NCBI GenBank assembly: GCA_900548185.1
Contig: URJJ01000004.1
Coordinates: 2,130-66,129, forward strand
Direction of reading: 5' to 3'
From: an uncultured Opitutales bacterium
GTDB taxonomy: Bacteria; Verrucomicrobiota; Verrucomicrobiia; Opitutales; Intestinicryptomonadaceae
DNA: 64,000 bases
The position numbers and the translations under genes were made by a program. Positions 37,068 through 47,294 of this stretch are shown here, piece by piece. The notes below the pieces were generated by a model. That model searched no databases. It had not been told where the DNA came from and saw only the letters and a list, made by a program, of their open reading frames with translations. Numbering within the stretch: the first letter of the stretch is position 1; every line of letters begins with the position of its first letter.

Positions 37068-37632
37068 GTAAATTAAAGTTTCATACAAAATCGGAAAAAA
37101 ATCCTCCGGGCAAGAAAAATTTTTAGGAATGTGAAAATTTTTTTGCACGCCTCGCCGGACTGTTAGCGGAAGGCGGATTTGCCTGGCGCATGCGCTTTTT
37201 GTACGCCATTTGCGCGGTTTTTAAGAAATGGCGCAGCTTCGGGCCTCGAAAACCGCTTGCGCCAATGCTCCAGTACCCAAAACTTTTTCCAAATCCCGTT
37301 TCCCAAACCCAAACTTCACGGCACACATCTTGGCATCCAAAAAAGGCTCTGGCATGGATGTGGGGGATTTGGGTTTTTAAGGAATTTATTTATGTAAAGA
37401 AGGCTGTTTTGCGCCTTCCTGACAAACAAACTGTATTGCCCGGTTTTTAATTCCTTTGGCGGCATTCCAATATGGTCTCCCCAAAAAAATCTCCGTTCGG
37501 GGGGGGGGAAATTTGATTTTGGAAAGATGAAACAGGATTTGGAAAAAGGCTTTATATTTGGGTATATCTGCTCCGTCGAAAACCGCCTCTTATATAGAGG
37601 GGAGAATAATCTGCGAATGCCCCACAGACACC

Positions 37633-37975
37633 GCAAACCTCGCTGCGGTAGAATTTGCAACGCACCCGGACAATCCCCCTTCCGCCCCTGCGCAGATGCT
37701 ATCCGCGCCGTGTAAAAAGGATGACACTGCAACTTCTTTTCAAAATTCCTGCAAGTCCGTTCCAGCGGCTCTTTTTTTTAACCCGGTGCGCGATTGCGAG
37801 TTGGGCGCAAAACTCGAAGCTGGATGAAAAACCTTCAGAAATCTTACTTCATTTTAGGAGGACAGCGCAAAAAGCTTCCAAACTCAAACCCTGTTGCCAA
37901 GTTTGCCCCAAACGCTTGAATTTCCCATTATTTCCCGGCATTGCCAGTTTCAAAATCCCATATTTTTAACATCAT
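37633..37975 (+). repeat. Copy 2 of AT-rich ~340 bp dispersed repeat (see 6640-6980)
   Basis: About 80% identity to copy 1 over its full length. It contains an intact 104-aa ORF (37655-37969) that is frameshifted in copy 1. Confidence 0.6.
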
Positions 37976-38192
37976 CGCCCCTCGTCTCTCCCGCGCCCCT
38001 GCGATTTTATCGCCGAAGCTTTGCATGGGGGAGGGGAGTCCGCCGCAGGTTGCGGAGGCGGCTTCCTCGCATGAGGAATTTGCGCGGGGCGGCTCTGAAT
38101 GAGAGGCTTTCCGCCGTCTTTTGCGCCGCCGGGGGCGCCCGGGAAGCGGATACGGATTCCGCCTGGAGGACGCTGTACCGCGAAAGGCGGGG

Positions 38193-41100
38193 CTATTCTG
38201 AAGGCCCGGCGAAGGGGAGCTCCTGGGTGTCGTTCGTCTCGGGGTTGAAGCGCATGGAAATCAGGCGCGTCACGCCGCGCTCCTGCATGGTGACCCCGTA
38301 TATCGTATCGGCGGCTGAAACCGTTTTTTTGCTGTGGGAAATCACGAGAAACTGCGAGTAGCGCGTGAATTCCTTCAGGATGTCGGTGTACCGGCCTATG
38401 TTGGCGTCGTCGAGCGGGGCGTCCAGCTCGTCCAGCACGCAGAACGGGCTGGGCTTTACCATGTATATTGCAAACAAAAGCGAAACCGCCGTCATTGTGC
38501 GCTGGCCACCGGAAAGCAGGGAGAGGCTTTTCAGCACGGTTCCCGGGGGGCGCGCAACAATTTCTATGCCGCTGTCCAGGACGTCCTCGCTTTCAACGAG
38601 CCTGAGGTCTGCCGCGCCGCCGCCGAAAATCTTTTTGAAGGTGAACTCGAAGTTTTTTCTTATCTGCTCGAAAGTTTCGGCGAAGAGCTGCTGGCTTGTG
38701 GCGTTTATCTCGTCGATGGCCGAGACCAGCTCGTTTTTGGACTTCCAAAGGTCGTCGCTTTGCTCCTTCAGGAAGTCATACCGCTCCTTGAGCTCTGCAT
38801 ACTCCTCTATCGCCACGAGGTTGACCGCGCCCATCGAGGAAATCCTGTCGCGCAAATCCTTCACCTCTGCCTCTATCGCGCCGAAGTCGGCGGAGTCCAT
38901 TGCGTCGAAATCCGCCTGGGTCGGCTCGCCCCTGTCGCGCTTGGGGCGCGCCTTGAGGTCTCCGTCTTCGAGGTCGTCTATTTTGAGCTTTATCTCGAAC
39001 TCCTCGTCCGCCTGCCATAGCTCGCGCTTCCAGTCTGTCACGGCGATGTTTGTCTCGTAGTCGGAGAGCATGCGCTCGACAATGAAGCCGATTCTGGACT
39101 TTATAGTCGCGAGCCTGACCTCGATTTCCCCCTTGGAGGCCGCCAGCGCTGCGAGCCTGGAACGGTCGGAATTCATCGACTCCTCGAATTCGGCGACGCG
39201 GGCCTCGCTCTCGCCGAGTTCCGCGCGTTTTCGCTCGATTTCGGCCGCCGCCTGCGCGAGTTCCGCCGCTATTTTTTCGGCCTTTGCGCCTTCGGACAGG
39301 GACTCGGATTCGAGCGACTTCATCTGCTCTGCTATTGCCGCGCGCTCCTGCTCCCTGCGCGCCATGAGCTCGCGCGTTTCGCGCTGCTGCTCGCGCAGGG
39401 CGGTGAGGCCGCGCTCCAGGTTTTCCAGGCGGGACTTCTTTTCGGCGAGGTCGAGCCTGGCCCCGGAGAGGGCGGAAAATTTCTGCTCCTTCACAGTTCT
39501 GAGTTCCGCGATGCCCCTTTCTGTCTCCGCGATTTTTTCGCGGGCGGCCGATATTGCAGTTTCTGCGGCGGCCATTTCGGCGTTTGCGGAGTTGAGCCTG
39601 TCCTGCGCTTCAAAGCGCGAATTTTCCATCTCCGCCAAAATGCCCTGCTGGCGGGCGATGTCGCGCGTTTTTGCCTCGACGGAGGCTTCGAGGGCCTTCC
39701 CCTGCGCCTCGACGGAGGCCATTTCGCGGCGGATTTCGCCGGCCGCCGACTTCGCGGTCTCGGCGGAAGCCTCGGCGGCGTCCAGCTCGGACTGTATGGC
39801 CATCGCTCGCTCGTTGAGGGCGGTCAGGGCGTCGTTGTCGGAGGCTATCTCTTCGCGGAGGCGCTTGATTTCGCGATTGCGGAGGATGAAGCTTGATTCG
39901 GTGTCGCGCCTGGAGGCGTTTGAAATGTAAACTATGCCGCGGCTGTCCATGACGTTGCCGTCGCGGGAGACGGCCATGGCGAATTTGAAGCCGGGATTTT
40001 GAGAGGCGTGGCGGCCGAATTCGCAGATGTCCTCGCAGAAGTAGCATCCGGCGACAAGGTTTTTCACAAGCCGCGCAAGGGTTTCGTCCCCGGCCCTGTC
40101 GGGGCGCACGAAGTCGGAAGCCCTGAACACGCCGTCCGGAAGCGAGGCGGGGTCGTCAAAACTCCCGGGCGAAGGGATTTGGATGCAGGCCTTGCCGAGG
40201 CCCTTTTCGCGTATGGCGGATATTATGGGGCCGAGCTTGCCGGGGTCGGGGAGGGCAACTGCGTCCAGACCTGCGCCCATCATTGTTTCAAAGGCCGAAG
40301 TCCAGCCCTCGTCAACCTCGACGTTCTGGCTCACAACCCTGGCGTCGGAGGGGGATATTATGTCGGAAATCCGGCCCTGCATTATGGCCTTTACCCCGTC
40401 CGAAAAACCCTCCATGCGGGTTTGAAAGTCGTTTAGCAGGCTCAGGCGCGCCGCCTTTCCGGCGAGCTCCCTGTCCTTTGTCTGGATTTCGGCCTGGCAG
40501 TCCCTGTACCGCGAGCGGGCCTCGTCGGTCTTTGAGGCCGACATCCTTATCTCCTCTTCGGCTGCGGCCAGCCTCTCTGCGGCCGATTCCGCCGCGGCTG
40601 AAATTTCGGAGAGCCGGCGCTCCAGAAGCTGCATCTCCTCCCTCATCTGGAACACCGCGTCCGAAGCCGCCGCATGGCGCACCTGGTAGGACTTCAAGTC
40701 CACCTCGAGGGTGGTGCATTTGGACCTGAGCCTGGTTATGCCGCCCTCGTTTACGAGCATGTCCTGCCTTAGGCGCTCGAGGGCGGCCTCCGCCTCCCTG
40801 AGCCCGTTTTCGGCTTCCGCAAGTTCCGCATTCTGGACTGCGAAGGTCTCGTCGGAGCCGGTGACGAGGTCGAGCTGCATCTGCAAGACTTCTCCGTCCC
40901 CGCGCGCCCGGCCCTCGAGCGCTTCCGCCTGGGCCGAGAGGGATTCAAGCTCGCCTGATATTTGCGCAATACGGGTTTCAAGGTCCCTCCTGCGCAGCAG
41001 CGAAAATTCCGAGGCGTGCTCCGCCTGCTCCTTTTGGGAGCGCAGCTCTGCGGCTGCGGCGCGCATCTGTTCAAGCCTCGCGGTCGTGTCGGAGCGCCTG

Positions 41101-41921
41101 GCGCGCAGGGCGGCGAGCTCCTCCTCCCGCTCTGAAAGCGAGCGCGAAAACTCCCCGTGCTCGCGCGCAATCTCCGCGAGCTTCGACTCGTCCCCGGCTG
41201 CGGCGAGGCTTTGGGAGGCGTATGAGCGGGCGTTTATTGCCAGGTCCAGATGCCGCAGCCTGTGGCTCAGCCGCTTGTAGCGCAACGCCTTTGAGGCCTG
41301 GCGTTTCAGCGTGCCTATCTGGCGCCCGATTTCCTCTATGCGGTCGGTGACGCGCGCCAGATTCTGGTCGACAAGGGCGAGTTTTCCGAGCGCCTCGCGC
41401 CGCTGGGTCTTGTATTTTGTAATGCCCGCCGCCTCTTCAAATATCGCGCGACGCTCGCCCGGGTTTGAGGAGAGTATCTGGTCTATCTGCCCTTGCACCA
41501 TGAACGAGTAGGAGACCCGGCCTATGCCGGTATCCATAAAGAGCCTCTGGATGTCCTTAAGCCTTGCGGACTTGCCGTTTATGGAATAGTCGCTTCCCCC
41601 GTCGCGCGACACCCTGCGGGAAATTTCGACCTCGTTAAAGTTTGTCCCAAGCTCCTTTTCGCAGTCGCTGAAAATCAGCGAAACGTCGCAGAGCTGCAGC
41701 GGCTTGCGCCTGTCCGTGCCCTGAAATATGACGTCCTGCATCTTTCCGCCGCGCAGAGCCTTCGCGCTCTGCTCGCCCAGCACCCAGCGGATGGCGTCCA
41801 CGATGTTGCTTTTGCCGCAGCCGTTCGGGCCCACGATGCAGGTAATGCCGCGCGGGAGCGTCATCGTGGTTTTGTCTGCAAAGCTTTTGAAGCCGTTTAT
41901 GACTACTTGCCTTAGGAACAT
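38193..41921 (-). CDS. smc: Chromosome partition protein SMC
   Basis: N-terminal Walker A (GPNGCGKSN), long coiled coils and a hinge are present. The C-terminus has the LSGGQ motif (LSGGQRTMTAVSLLFAI) and Walker B (FCVLDELDAPLD). Start at the internal Met MFLRQVVINGFKS. Confidence 0.9.
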   Translation of the reverse strand: MFLRQVVINGFKSFADKTTMTLPRGITCIVGPNGCGKSNIVDAIRWVLGEQSAKALRGGKMQDVIFQGTDRRKPLQLCDVSLIFSDCEKELGTNFNEVEISRRVSRDGGSDYSINGKSARLKDIQRLFMDTGIGRVSYSFMVQGQIDQILSSNPGERRAIFEEAAGITKYKTQRREALGKLALVDQNLARVTDRIEEIGRQIGTLKRQASKALRYKRLSHRLRHLDLAINARSYASQSLAAAGDESKLAEIAREHGEFSRSLSEREEELAALRARRSDTTARLEQMRAAAAELRSQKEQAEHASEFSLLRRRDLETRIAQISGELESLSAQAEALEGRARGDGEVLQMQLDLVTGSDETFAVQNAELAEAENGLREAEAALERLRQDMLVNEGGITRLRSKCTTLEVDLKSYQVRHAAASDAVFQMREEMQLLERRLSEISAAAESAAERLAAAEEEIRMSASKTDEARSRYRDCQAEIQTKDRELAGKAARLSLLNDFQTRMEGFSDGVKAIMQGRISDIISPSDARVVSQNVEVDEGWTSAFETMMGAGLDAVALPDPGKLGPIISAIREKGLGKACIQIPSPGSFDDPASLPDGVFRASDFVRPDRAGDETLARLVKNLVAGCYFCEDICEFGRHASQNPGFKFAMAVSRDGNVMDSRGIVYISNASRRDTESSFILRNREIKRLREEIASDNDALTALNERAMAIQSELDAAEASAETAKSAAGEIRREMASVEAQGKALEASVEAKTRDIARQQGILAEMENSRFEAQDRLNSANAEMAAAETAISAAREKIAETERGIAELRTVKEQKFSALSGARLDLAEKKSRLENLERGLTALREQQRETRELMARREQERAAIAEQMKSLESESLSEGAKAEKIAAELAQAAAEIERKRAELGESEARVAEFEESMNSDRSRLAALAASKGEIEVRLATIKSRIGFIVERMLSDYETNIAVTDWKRELWQADEEFEIKLKIDDLEDGDLKARPKRDRGEPTQADFDAMDSADFGAIEAEVKDLRDRISSMGAVNLVAIEEYAELKERYDFLKEQSDDLWKSKNELVSAIDEINATSQQLFAETFEQIRKNFEFTFKKIFGGGAADLRLVESEDVLDSGIEIVARPPGTVLKSLSLLSGGQRTMTAVSLLFAIYMVKPSPFCVLDELDAPLDDANIGRYTDILKEFTRYSQFLVISHSKKTVSAADTIYGVTMQERGVTRLISMRFNPETNDTQELPFAGPSE

Positions 41922-42044
41922 CTGCGTTTTTTTGCGGGCGTTTTTTCTTAAATGGAAGCGGGGGCGCGGCATCCGCGACGGGCGGGGCCCGGAGGCCCGA
42001 ACGCGCGCGCGGGAACCGCGCCCCCGGAAATCCGGCCGGGCCGG

Positions 42045-43439
42045 CTACCGGCAGTCCACCACTTTTCCGGCGACGGCTGCCGCCGCCACCATCACGGGGC
42101 TCATCAGCATGGTGCGTCCCGTGGGGCTGCCCTGCCTGCCCTTGAAGTTGCGGTTTGAGGTGGAGGCGCAAAGCTCGTCGCCCCTGAGCTTGTCGGGGTT
42201 CATTGCAAGGCACATCGAGCATCCGGCGTGGCGCCACTCGAATCCGGCTTCGCGGAACACCCTGTCGAGGCCCTTTGATTCGGCGATTTTTTCCACAACC
42301 TGTGAGCCTGGGACGGCCAGCGCGCGCACTCCCGGGGCGACTTTTTTGCCCTTTAGAAACGCCGCCGCCTCTTCGAGGTCGGAGAGCCTGCCGTTTGTGC
42401 AGGAGCCTATGAAGGCGACGTTTATCGGCGTTCCCGCTATGGGGGCGCCCGCCTTGAACTTCATGTAGGCCAGCGCGTCCACCGCGTCCTTCTTCTGGGT
42501 TTCGTCGGCGATGTCGTCGGGGTTGGGGATGTTTTCGCCTATGAAGACCGCCTGGGACGGGTTGACGCCCCAGGTCACCGTGGGCTCAATTTCGGAGCCG
42601 TCGAATTCGACGGTGTCGTCGTATTTCGCATCGGCGTCCGAGGCGAAGCTTTTCCAGTATTCGACCGCCTTGTCCCATTCGGAGGCAGACGGCGCGTAGG
42701 GGCGGCCCTTCAGGTAGTCGAACGTGGTCTTGTCGGGGTTGATGTAGCCGACGCGCGCACCGCCTTCGATTGCCATGTTGCAGACCGTCATGCGGCCCTC
42801 CATTGACATGTCGTCAAAAACCTTCCCGCCGAATTCGTAGGCGTAGCCGAGGCCGCCGTTAACGCCGAGGCGGCGTATTATGTGGAGTGCGACGTCCTTG
42901 GGGTAGACGCCCCTGGAGAGCGAGCCGTTTACGTTTATGCGGCGCACCTTGAGCTTTTTGAAGGCGAGCGTCTGCGTGGCCAGGACGTTTCGCACCTGGC
43001 TGGTGCCTATGCCGAAAGCCACGGCGCCGAAGGCCCCGTGCGTCGCCGTGTGGGAGTCCCCGCAGGCGACTGTCATACCGGGGTGTATCACGCCCTGTTC
43101 GGGATGGACGATGTGTATCACGCCCTGCTTGCCGCCGGGGACGTCGAAGAAGGTTATGCCGTTTTCCGCGCAGTTTTTGCGCAGCTCAAGGAGCATTTCG
43201 TACCCGCGCGGGTCGGCGTAAGGCTCGGAGATGTCGTCGGTGGGGATTATGTGGTCCACCGTTGCGAACGTGCGCTGCGGGTACTTCACCTTGAGGCCCA
43301 GCGTGCGCATCATGCCGAACGCCTGCGGGCTCGTCACCTCGTGGAGGAGGTGGGTGCCCACAAACAACTGCGTCGAGCCGTCCGGCAGTTCGCGCACGGC
43401 GTGGCGCTCCCAGACTTTTTCAAAGAGTGTCTTTCCCAT
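42045..43439 (-). CDS. leuC: 3-isopropylmalate dehydratase large subunit (aconitase family)
   Basis: Aconitase-family Fe-S ligands and LeuC-type motifs are present ([35 protein letters not shown]). No leuD is adjacent. Confidence 0.8.
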   Translation of the reverse strand: MGKTLFEKVWERHAVRELPDGSTQLFVGTHLLHEVTSPQAFGMMRTLGLKVKYPQRTFATVDHIIPTDDISEPYADPRGYEMLLELRKNCAENGITFFDVPGGKQGVIHIVHPEQGVIHPGMTVACGDSHTATHGAFGAVAFGIGTSQVRNVLATQTLAFKKLKVRRINVNGSLSRGVYPKDVALHIIRRLGVNGGLGYAYEFGGKVFDDMSMEGRMTVCNMAIEGGARVGYINPDKTTFDYLKGRPYAPSASEWDKAVEYWKSFASDADAKYDDTVEFDGSEIEPTVTWGVNPSQAVFIGENIPNPDDIADETQKKDAVDALAYMKFKAGAPIAGTPINVAFIGSCTNGRLSDLEEAAAFLKGKKVAPGVRALAVPGSQVVEKIAESKGLDRVFREAGFEWRHAGCSMCLAMNPDKLRGDELCASTSNRNFKGRQGSPTGRTMLMSPVMVAAAAVAGKVVDCR

Positions 43440-43443
43440 GGCC

Positions 43444-44184
43444 TTATCCGAGCAGGGAGTCGTCGATGTCGTAGTTGCAATAGACGTTCTGGACGTCCTC
43501 CAGCTCGTCGAGCGTGTCTTCCAAGCGGATTATCTTCTGCGCGGTTTCGGCGTCCGTGACGGGGACGAGGGTGTTGGGAACCCAGGCGAGGTTGGAGTCG
43601 TCGGGGGCGATTCCGGCCTTTTCGAGCGCGGCGGCCACTGCGTCGTAAGAGGAGACGGGGCAGAGCACTTCAAAATGGTCTTCGTTGTTTACGATGTCCT
43701 CCGCGCCGGCGTCGAGCACGACTTCCATGAGGGAGTCCTCCGAAGCCTTTTCGGCGCTTATTATGAACTGGCCCTTCTTTGTGAAGGTGAACATCAGCGC
43801 GCCGGGGGTGGCGAGGTTGCCGCCGAGCTTTGTGAAGGTGGAGCGCACCGCAGCAACGGAGCGGTTCTTGTTGTCGGTCGTAACTTCAACGACTATCCCG
43901 ACGCCGCCGGGCCCGTAGCCTTCGTATAGGATTTCCTCGTAAGACACTCCCGGGAGCTCCCCGGTGCCCTTCTTTATCGCCTTTTCAACGTTGTCGGCCG
44001 GCATGTTGGCAGCCTTGGCTTTGGCTATGAGGGTTCTGAGGCGGGCGTTGGTTTCCGGATCGCCGCCGCCGGCCTTCGCCGCGAGGGTCAAATCCTTGCT
44101 GATGGCGCTGAATATTTTGCCGCGCTTTGCGTCAATTGCGGCCTTGTGCCTTTTGGTTGTCGCCCATTTGCTGTGTCCTGACAT
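43444..44184 (-). CDS. yebC: YebC/PmpR-family transcriptional regulator
   Basis: [25 protein letters not shown] is the hallmark N-terminus of the family. Confidence 0.9.
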   Translation of the reverse strand: MSGHSKWATTKRHKAAIDAKRGKIFSAISKDLTLAAKAGGGDPETNARLRTLIAKAKAANMPADNVEKAIKKGTGELPGVSYEEILYEGYGPGGVGIVVEVTTDNKNRSVAAVRSTFTKLGGNLATPGALMFTFTKKGQFIISAEKASEDSLMEVVLDAGAEDIVNNEDHFEVLCPVSSYDAVAAALEKAGIAPDDSNLAWVPNTLVPVTDAETAQKIIRLEDTLDELEDVQNVYCNYDIDDSLLG

Positions 44185-44262
44185 TGATTATCCTTTTTCT
44201 TTTGTTGGCTTTTTAAGCTAAATGTTGGGTTTGAAATTTTGCGCTTTTGGCGCGATTTGCAA

Positions 44263-46176
44263 TTATTTTCTTTTCGGAGGGGTGGAGCGGCCGCCGGGAT
44301 TCTTCTTGCGGGTGTCGTGCATCGTGCCCCTGAGGATGTCCGATTTCTGCGCCTCGCGCAGCTTCGCCTGCTCCTGCATGGCCTCGGACAGGCGCTGCAT
44401 GAACCCCGGCTTCGAGGTGTCGCGCTTTTTTATGACGAATTTTTCGCGCGACCTGTTTATTATGACCGCCTGTATGACGCCTATTAGGCTCTGGACCGTC
44501 CAGTACAGCACGAGGCCCGAGGGGAACGTGTAGAAGAAAAGCAGCATTATAAACGGCATGAGCTTGAATATCATCTTCTGGCTCTTGTCGGTGCTGGGCA
44601 TCGGGGTTATGTGCATCTGCACATAGGTAACCGCGGCGTTTATTATGGGAAACGGGTGGAAGGGGAAGCCGAAGACGGTCTCCATGCCGGGAATGTAGTC
44701 CGGCAGGGAGAGGTCCTGTATCCAGAGGAAGTGGGCGAAGCGTATTTCGCTTGAGGTCTGGAGCATGTAGTAGAGGCCGAGGAATATCGGGAGCTGGATG
44801 AGGAGCGGGAAGCATCCGGCGAGCGGGTTTATGCCGTATTCGCCGTAAAGCTTCATCGTCTCCTGGCCGATTCTCTGCTGGTCGCCCTCGTACTTCTTGC
44901 GGATTTCAGCGAGGGGCTCCTGGAGCTTTGACATCTTCAGCGAGGAGCGTATCTGTACGGCCGTGAGCGGCCATAGGCAGAGCCTCACGAATATCGTGAG
45001 AATTATGATGGACCATCCCCAGCTCCAGGAGGGCGAGAGGTATTCCACCGCGGAATTTATTATGGTGAGCAGCACCAGAAGGGGCTTGCTTATGAAGCCC
45101 ATCCAGCCGAAGTTCATGACAAGCTCCTGGTCCCCGCCGAGCTTTACGAGATTTGAAAGCTCCTTGGGGCCGACGTAGTACGAGCCTGAAATCTCAGCGG
45201 ACTCCCCGGGTTTCAGAGCGGGGGCGTCGAAGCCCATGAACCCCGCTATGCCGTTTTGCATGTACTTGTTTTCGGCGTCGGGGTCTATTAGTATTGGCTC
45301 GACGAAGCCGCCCGAACCCTTGAGGCCGTCCGGCGTAAAGACTGCGGAGAAGAACTGGTTTTTAACCGCCCCCCAGGCCACGTCCGGCGTGTCGAGGCTT
45401 ACGAATGGCTTTGCCTTGGAGGCCCCTATCCCGAGGAAGCCGCTGGAGTCCACGAAGGCTGTCGAGGTTTCAAATCTCGCCTTGTCCCCGTTGTAGAGGC
45501 CGAATGCGAGGTTCGTGCCGTAAACGTCGCCTGCGTTGGGGACCGCCATGCCGAGGCACAGGTACATCCTCCTTGCGTCCATAGTCTCCCCGGAGAGGTT
45601 TTCGACCCGCGTTGCCGTGTTTATCACGTAGGGGATGAACTTCTTGGAGGAGGGCGCCTCAAGCGAGTACGCGCGGGTTATCCTGATTTTTCCGGGGACT
45701 AGATATTCGTAAACTGCGAGGTTTTCGCCTGTCTTTGCAAGCCTGAAGGACTTCTCAAAGGTTACCGGCGCGCCGCCGGGAGCCGTGTCGAAGGCCAGGC
45801 CCATGCCGAGCGCCTTGCGGCCGTCGTTAAATATGTACGGGGAGTCGCTCGACTGGGACTCCTTGAAGCGCAGCAGCTCCACGTCCCTTATCGCGCCGCC
45901 CTTGTTGGTGAGGACCACCTTGACGTAGTCGTTTTGGAGGCTCGCATACTCTTCGGGGGCAGCGTCTGAATTTTTAGACTTGAGGGCCGCGTCTTCGGCC
46001 TGCGAGGGGGCCGCGTTTAAGCCCGGGGCCGCGTTTAAGCCCGGGGCCGCGGTTTCGACCTTTTGCGCGTACGTCTGGGAGTCCTGCAACTGCTGCTGCT
46101 GGCGGCCGCTTGTCACCATTATGTAGATGGCGGCCGCGATGAACAGGAGGCCTATGGCTGTATTTTTTATGTCCAT
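44263..46176 (-). CDS. yidC: Membrane protein insertase YidC
   Basis: N-terminal TM and a large periplasmic domain. The conserved C-terminal five-TM core has GWSIIILTIFVRLCLWPL and NPLAGCFPLLIQLPIF. Confidence 0.9.
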   Translation of the reverse strand: MDIKNTAIGLLFIAAAIYIMVTSGRQQQQLQDSQTYAQKVETAAPGLNAAPGLNAAPSQAEDAALKSKNSDAAPEEYASLQNDYVKVVLTNKGGAIRDVELLRFKESQSSDSPYIFNDGRKALGMGLAFDTAPGGAPVTFEKSFRLAKTGENLAVYEYLVPGKIRITRAYSLEAPSSKKFIPYVINTATRVENLSGETMDARRMYLCLGMAVPNAGDVYGTNLAFGLYNGDKARFETSTAFVDSSGFLGIGASKAKPFVSLDTPDVAWGAVKNQFFSAVFTPDGLKGSGGFVEPILIDPDAENKYMQNGIAGFMGFDAPALKPGESAEISGSYYVGPKELSNLVKLGGDQELVMNFGWMGFISKPLLVLLTIINSAVEYLSPSWSWGWSIIILTIFVRLCLWPLTAVQIRSSLKMSKLQEPLAEIRKKYEGDQQRIGQETMKLYGEYGINPLAGCFPLLIQLPIFLGLYYMLQTSSEIRFAHFLWIQDLSLPDYIPGMETVFGFPFHPFPIINAAVTYVQMHITPMPSTDKSQKMIFKLMPFIMLLFFYTFPSGLVLYWTVQSLIGVIQAVIINRSREKFVIKKRDTSKPGFMQRLSEAMQEQAKLREAQKSDILRGTMHDTRKKNPGGRSTPPKRK

Positions 46177-46205
46177 TGCGTAACTGTGAAAAATAAAAGA
46201 TAAAA

Positions 46206-46529
46206 CTAATGGAGACGGGACGGCCCCCCGTCAACTTTTTTTGGGGGCTCGGGGTTTGATGAAAATAGCCCCGACCATGTGAAGCGCTCCGGCACATAGT
46301 CGAACCCGCCTTTGCAAAACGGGTTGCAGCGCAGTATCCGGCACGCGCCCATGATGCAGCCCCTGGCTGCGCCGAAGCGCAGAACCGCCTCAAGGGCGTA
46401 CTGCGAGCACGTGGGGTGGAAGCGGCATCCGCTGCCGGGGATGAGGTGGATTGCGGGGGATATTGCGGCCTTGTAAAACCTTATAAGAAGCGCGCAGGCC
46501 CTCGCTGGAATTGTCGGGCGCCCGCTCAT
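46206..46529 (-). CDS. yidD: Membrane protein insertion efficiency factor YidD
   Basis: [10 protein letters not shown]...[14 protein letters not shown] matches the YidD motif. Confidence 0.85.
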   Translation of the reverse strand: MSGRPTIPARACALLIRFYKAAISPAIHLIPGSGCRFHPTCSQYALEAVLRFGAARGCIMGACRILRCNPFCKGGFDYVPERFTWSGLFSSNPEPPKKVDGGPSRLH

Positions 46530-46864
46530 TTTTCCGAATTTCGGCGCAGCGCGTCCTCAAACCTCGCGCGCAGCTTTGCGTATTCAAACTTCCAAAACCC
46601 CCTGCGGACGTACACGAGCACGTCGCACGGGCCCTCCAGGCCGGAGTTCCTGAAAATTTCGCGGAAGAGCCGCTTGGCGCGGTGGCGGACTACGGAATTG
46701 CCTATCCGGCGGCTCGCGACAACCCCGAGCCGCGGCTGCGTGCGCGGCTCCCGGGGAGGGGCCATATACAAAATAAAGGCGGAACAGTCCGCCTTCACTC
46801 CATTTTTTCTTATAAAGTCGAAATCCCTCTGCAAGCGCACTCTATTTTCGATAGAAAAGCGCAT
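46526..46864 (-). CDS. rnpA: Ribonuclease P protein component
   Basis: A basic 112-aa protein with the RNR-like motif ([12 protein letters not shown]). It sits between rpmH and yidD. Confidence 0.85.
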   Translation of the reverse strand: MRFSIENRVRLQRDFDFIRKNGVKADCSAFILYMAPPREPRTQPRLGVVASRRIGNSVVRHRAKRLFREIFRNSGLEGPCDVLVYVRRGFWKFEYAKLRARFEDALRRNSEK

Positions 46865-46876
46865 CGGAAAGCTGGA

Positions 46877-47014
46877 TTACTTCGTGACCAGACGCTTGCG
46901 GCCCTTCTGGCGGCGCGCCGCGATTACGCTTCTGCCGCCGCGCGTGCTCATGCGTGCGCGGAATCCGCAGCGGCGTGCTCTCTTGAGTTTGGATGGGTTG
47001 TATGTAGGTTGCAT
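46877..47014 (-). CDS. rpmH: 50S ribosomal protein bL34
   Basis: Manual minus-strand translation gives [45 protein letters not shown]. It is absent from the ORF track because of its length. Confidence 0.85.
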   Translation of the reverse strand: MQPTYNPSKLKRARRCGFRARMSTRGGRSVIAARRQKGRKRLVTK

Positions 47015-47294
47015 TGTTTCTAGTCTCCGTTACAAATAAATTAAAACGTCCTAAGGAAACGGCGGCGGGCTTCCGTGTCAAATGTTTTTTGCAAAAAATA
47101 TCCCGTTTTTGCGGGCTTGCGGGCTGTGTGCCGCGATTTTCCCCTCCCCGTGCAGGGCGGCGTAATTTTTGCCGTCCGCCGGCGTTTTTTGCGTGCGGGA
47201 CTTTTTTAGATGGACGGCGCGCGCGAAAAATTTTCCGCTTGCGCCAAAATGCTTGCTCCGGGCGCGCCTAAAGGGCATCTTAACATGCAAAAAT

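Noticed and set aside
36569-37126. 185-aa plus-strand ORF spanning the tRNA-Cys region
   Set aside because: It runs straight through a well-formed tRNA gene and its terminator hairpin. Its composition is Arg/Pro-rich and typical of spurious high-GC ORFs.
37655-37969. 104-aa ORF inside repeat copy 2 as a bona fide protein gene
   Set aside because: The homologous frame is interrupted in copy 1. The element is AT-rich and its divergence is not codon-position biased. It is kept only as a possibility in the findings.
47015-47294. Expected dnaA divergently upstream of rpmH
   Set aside because: No DnaA-like ORF is present. The region is a short non-coding gap followed by a Ppx/GppA gene, and no obvious TTATCCACA-box cluster is visible.
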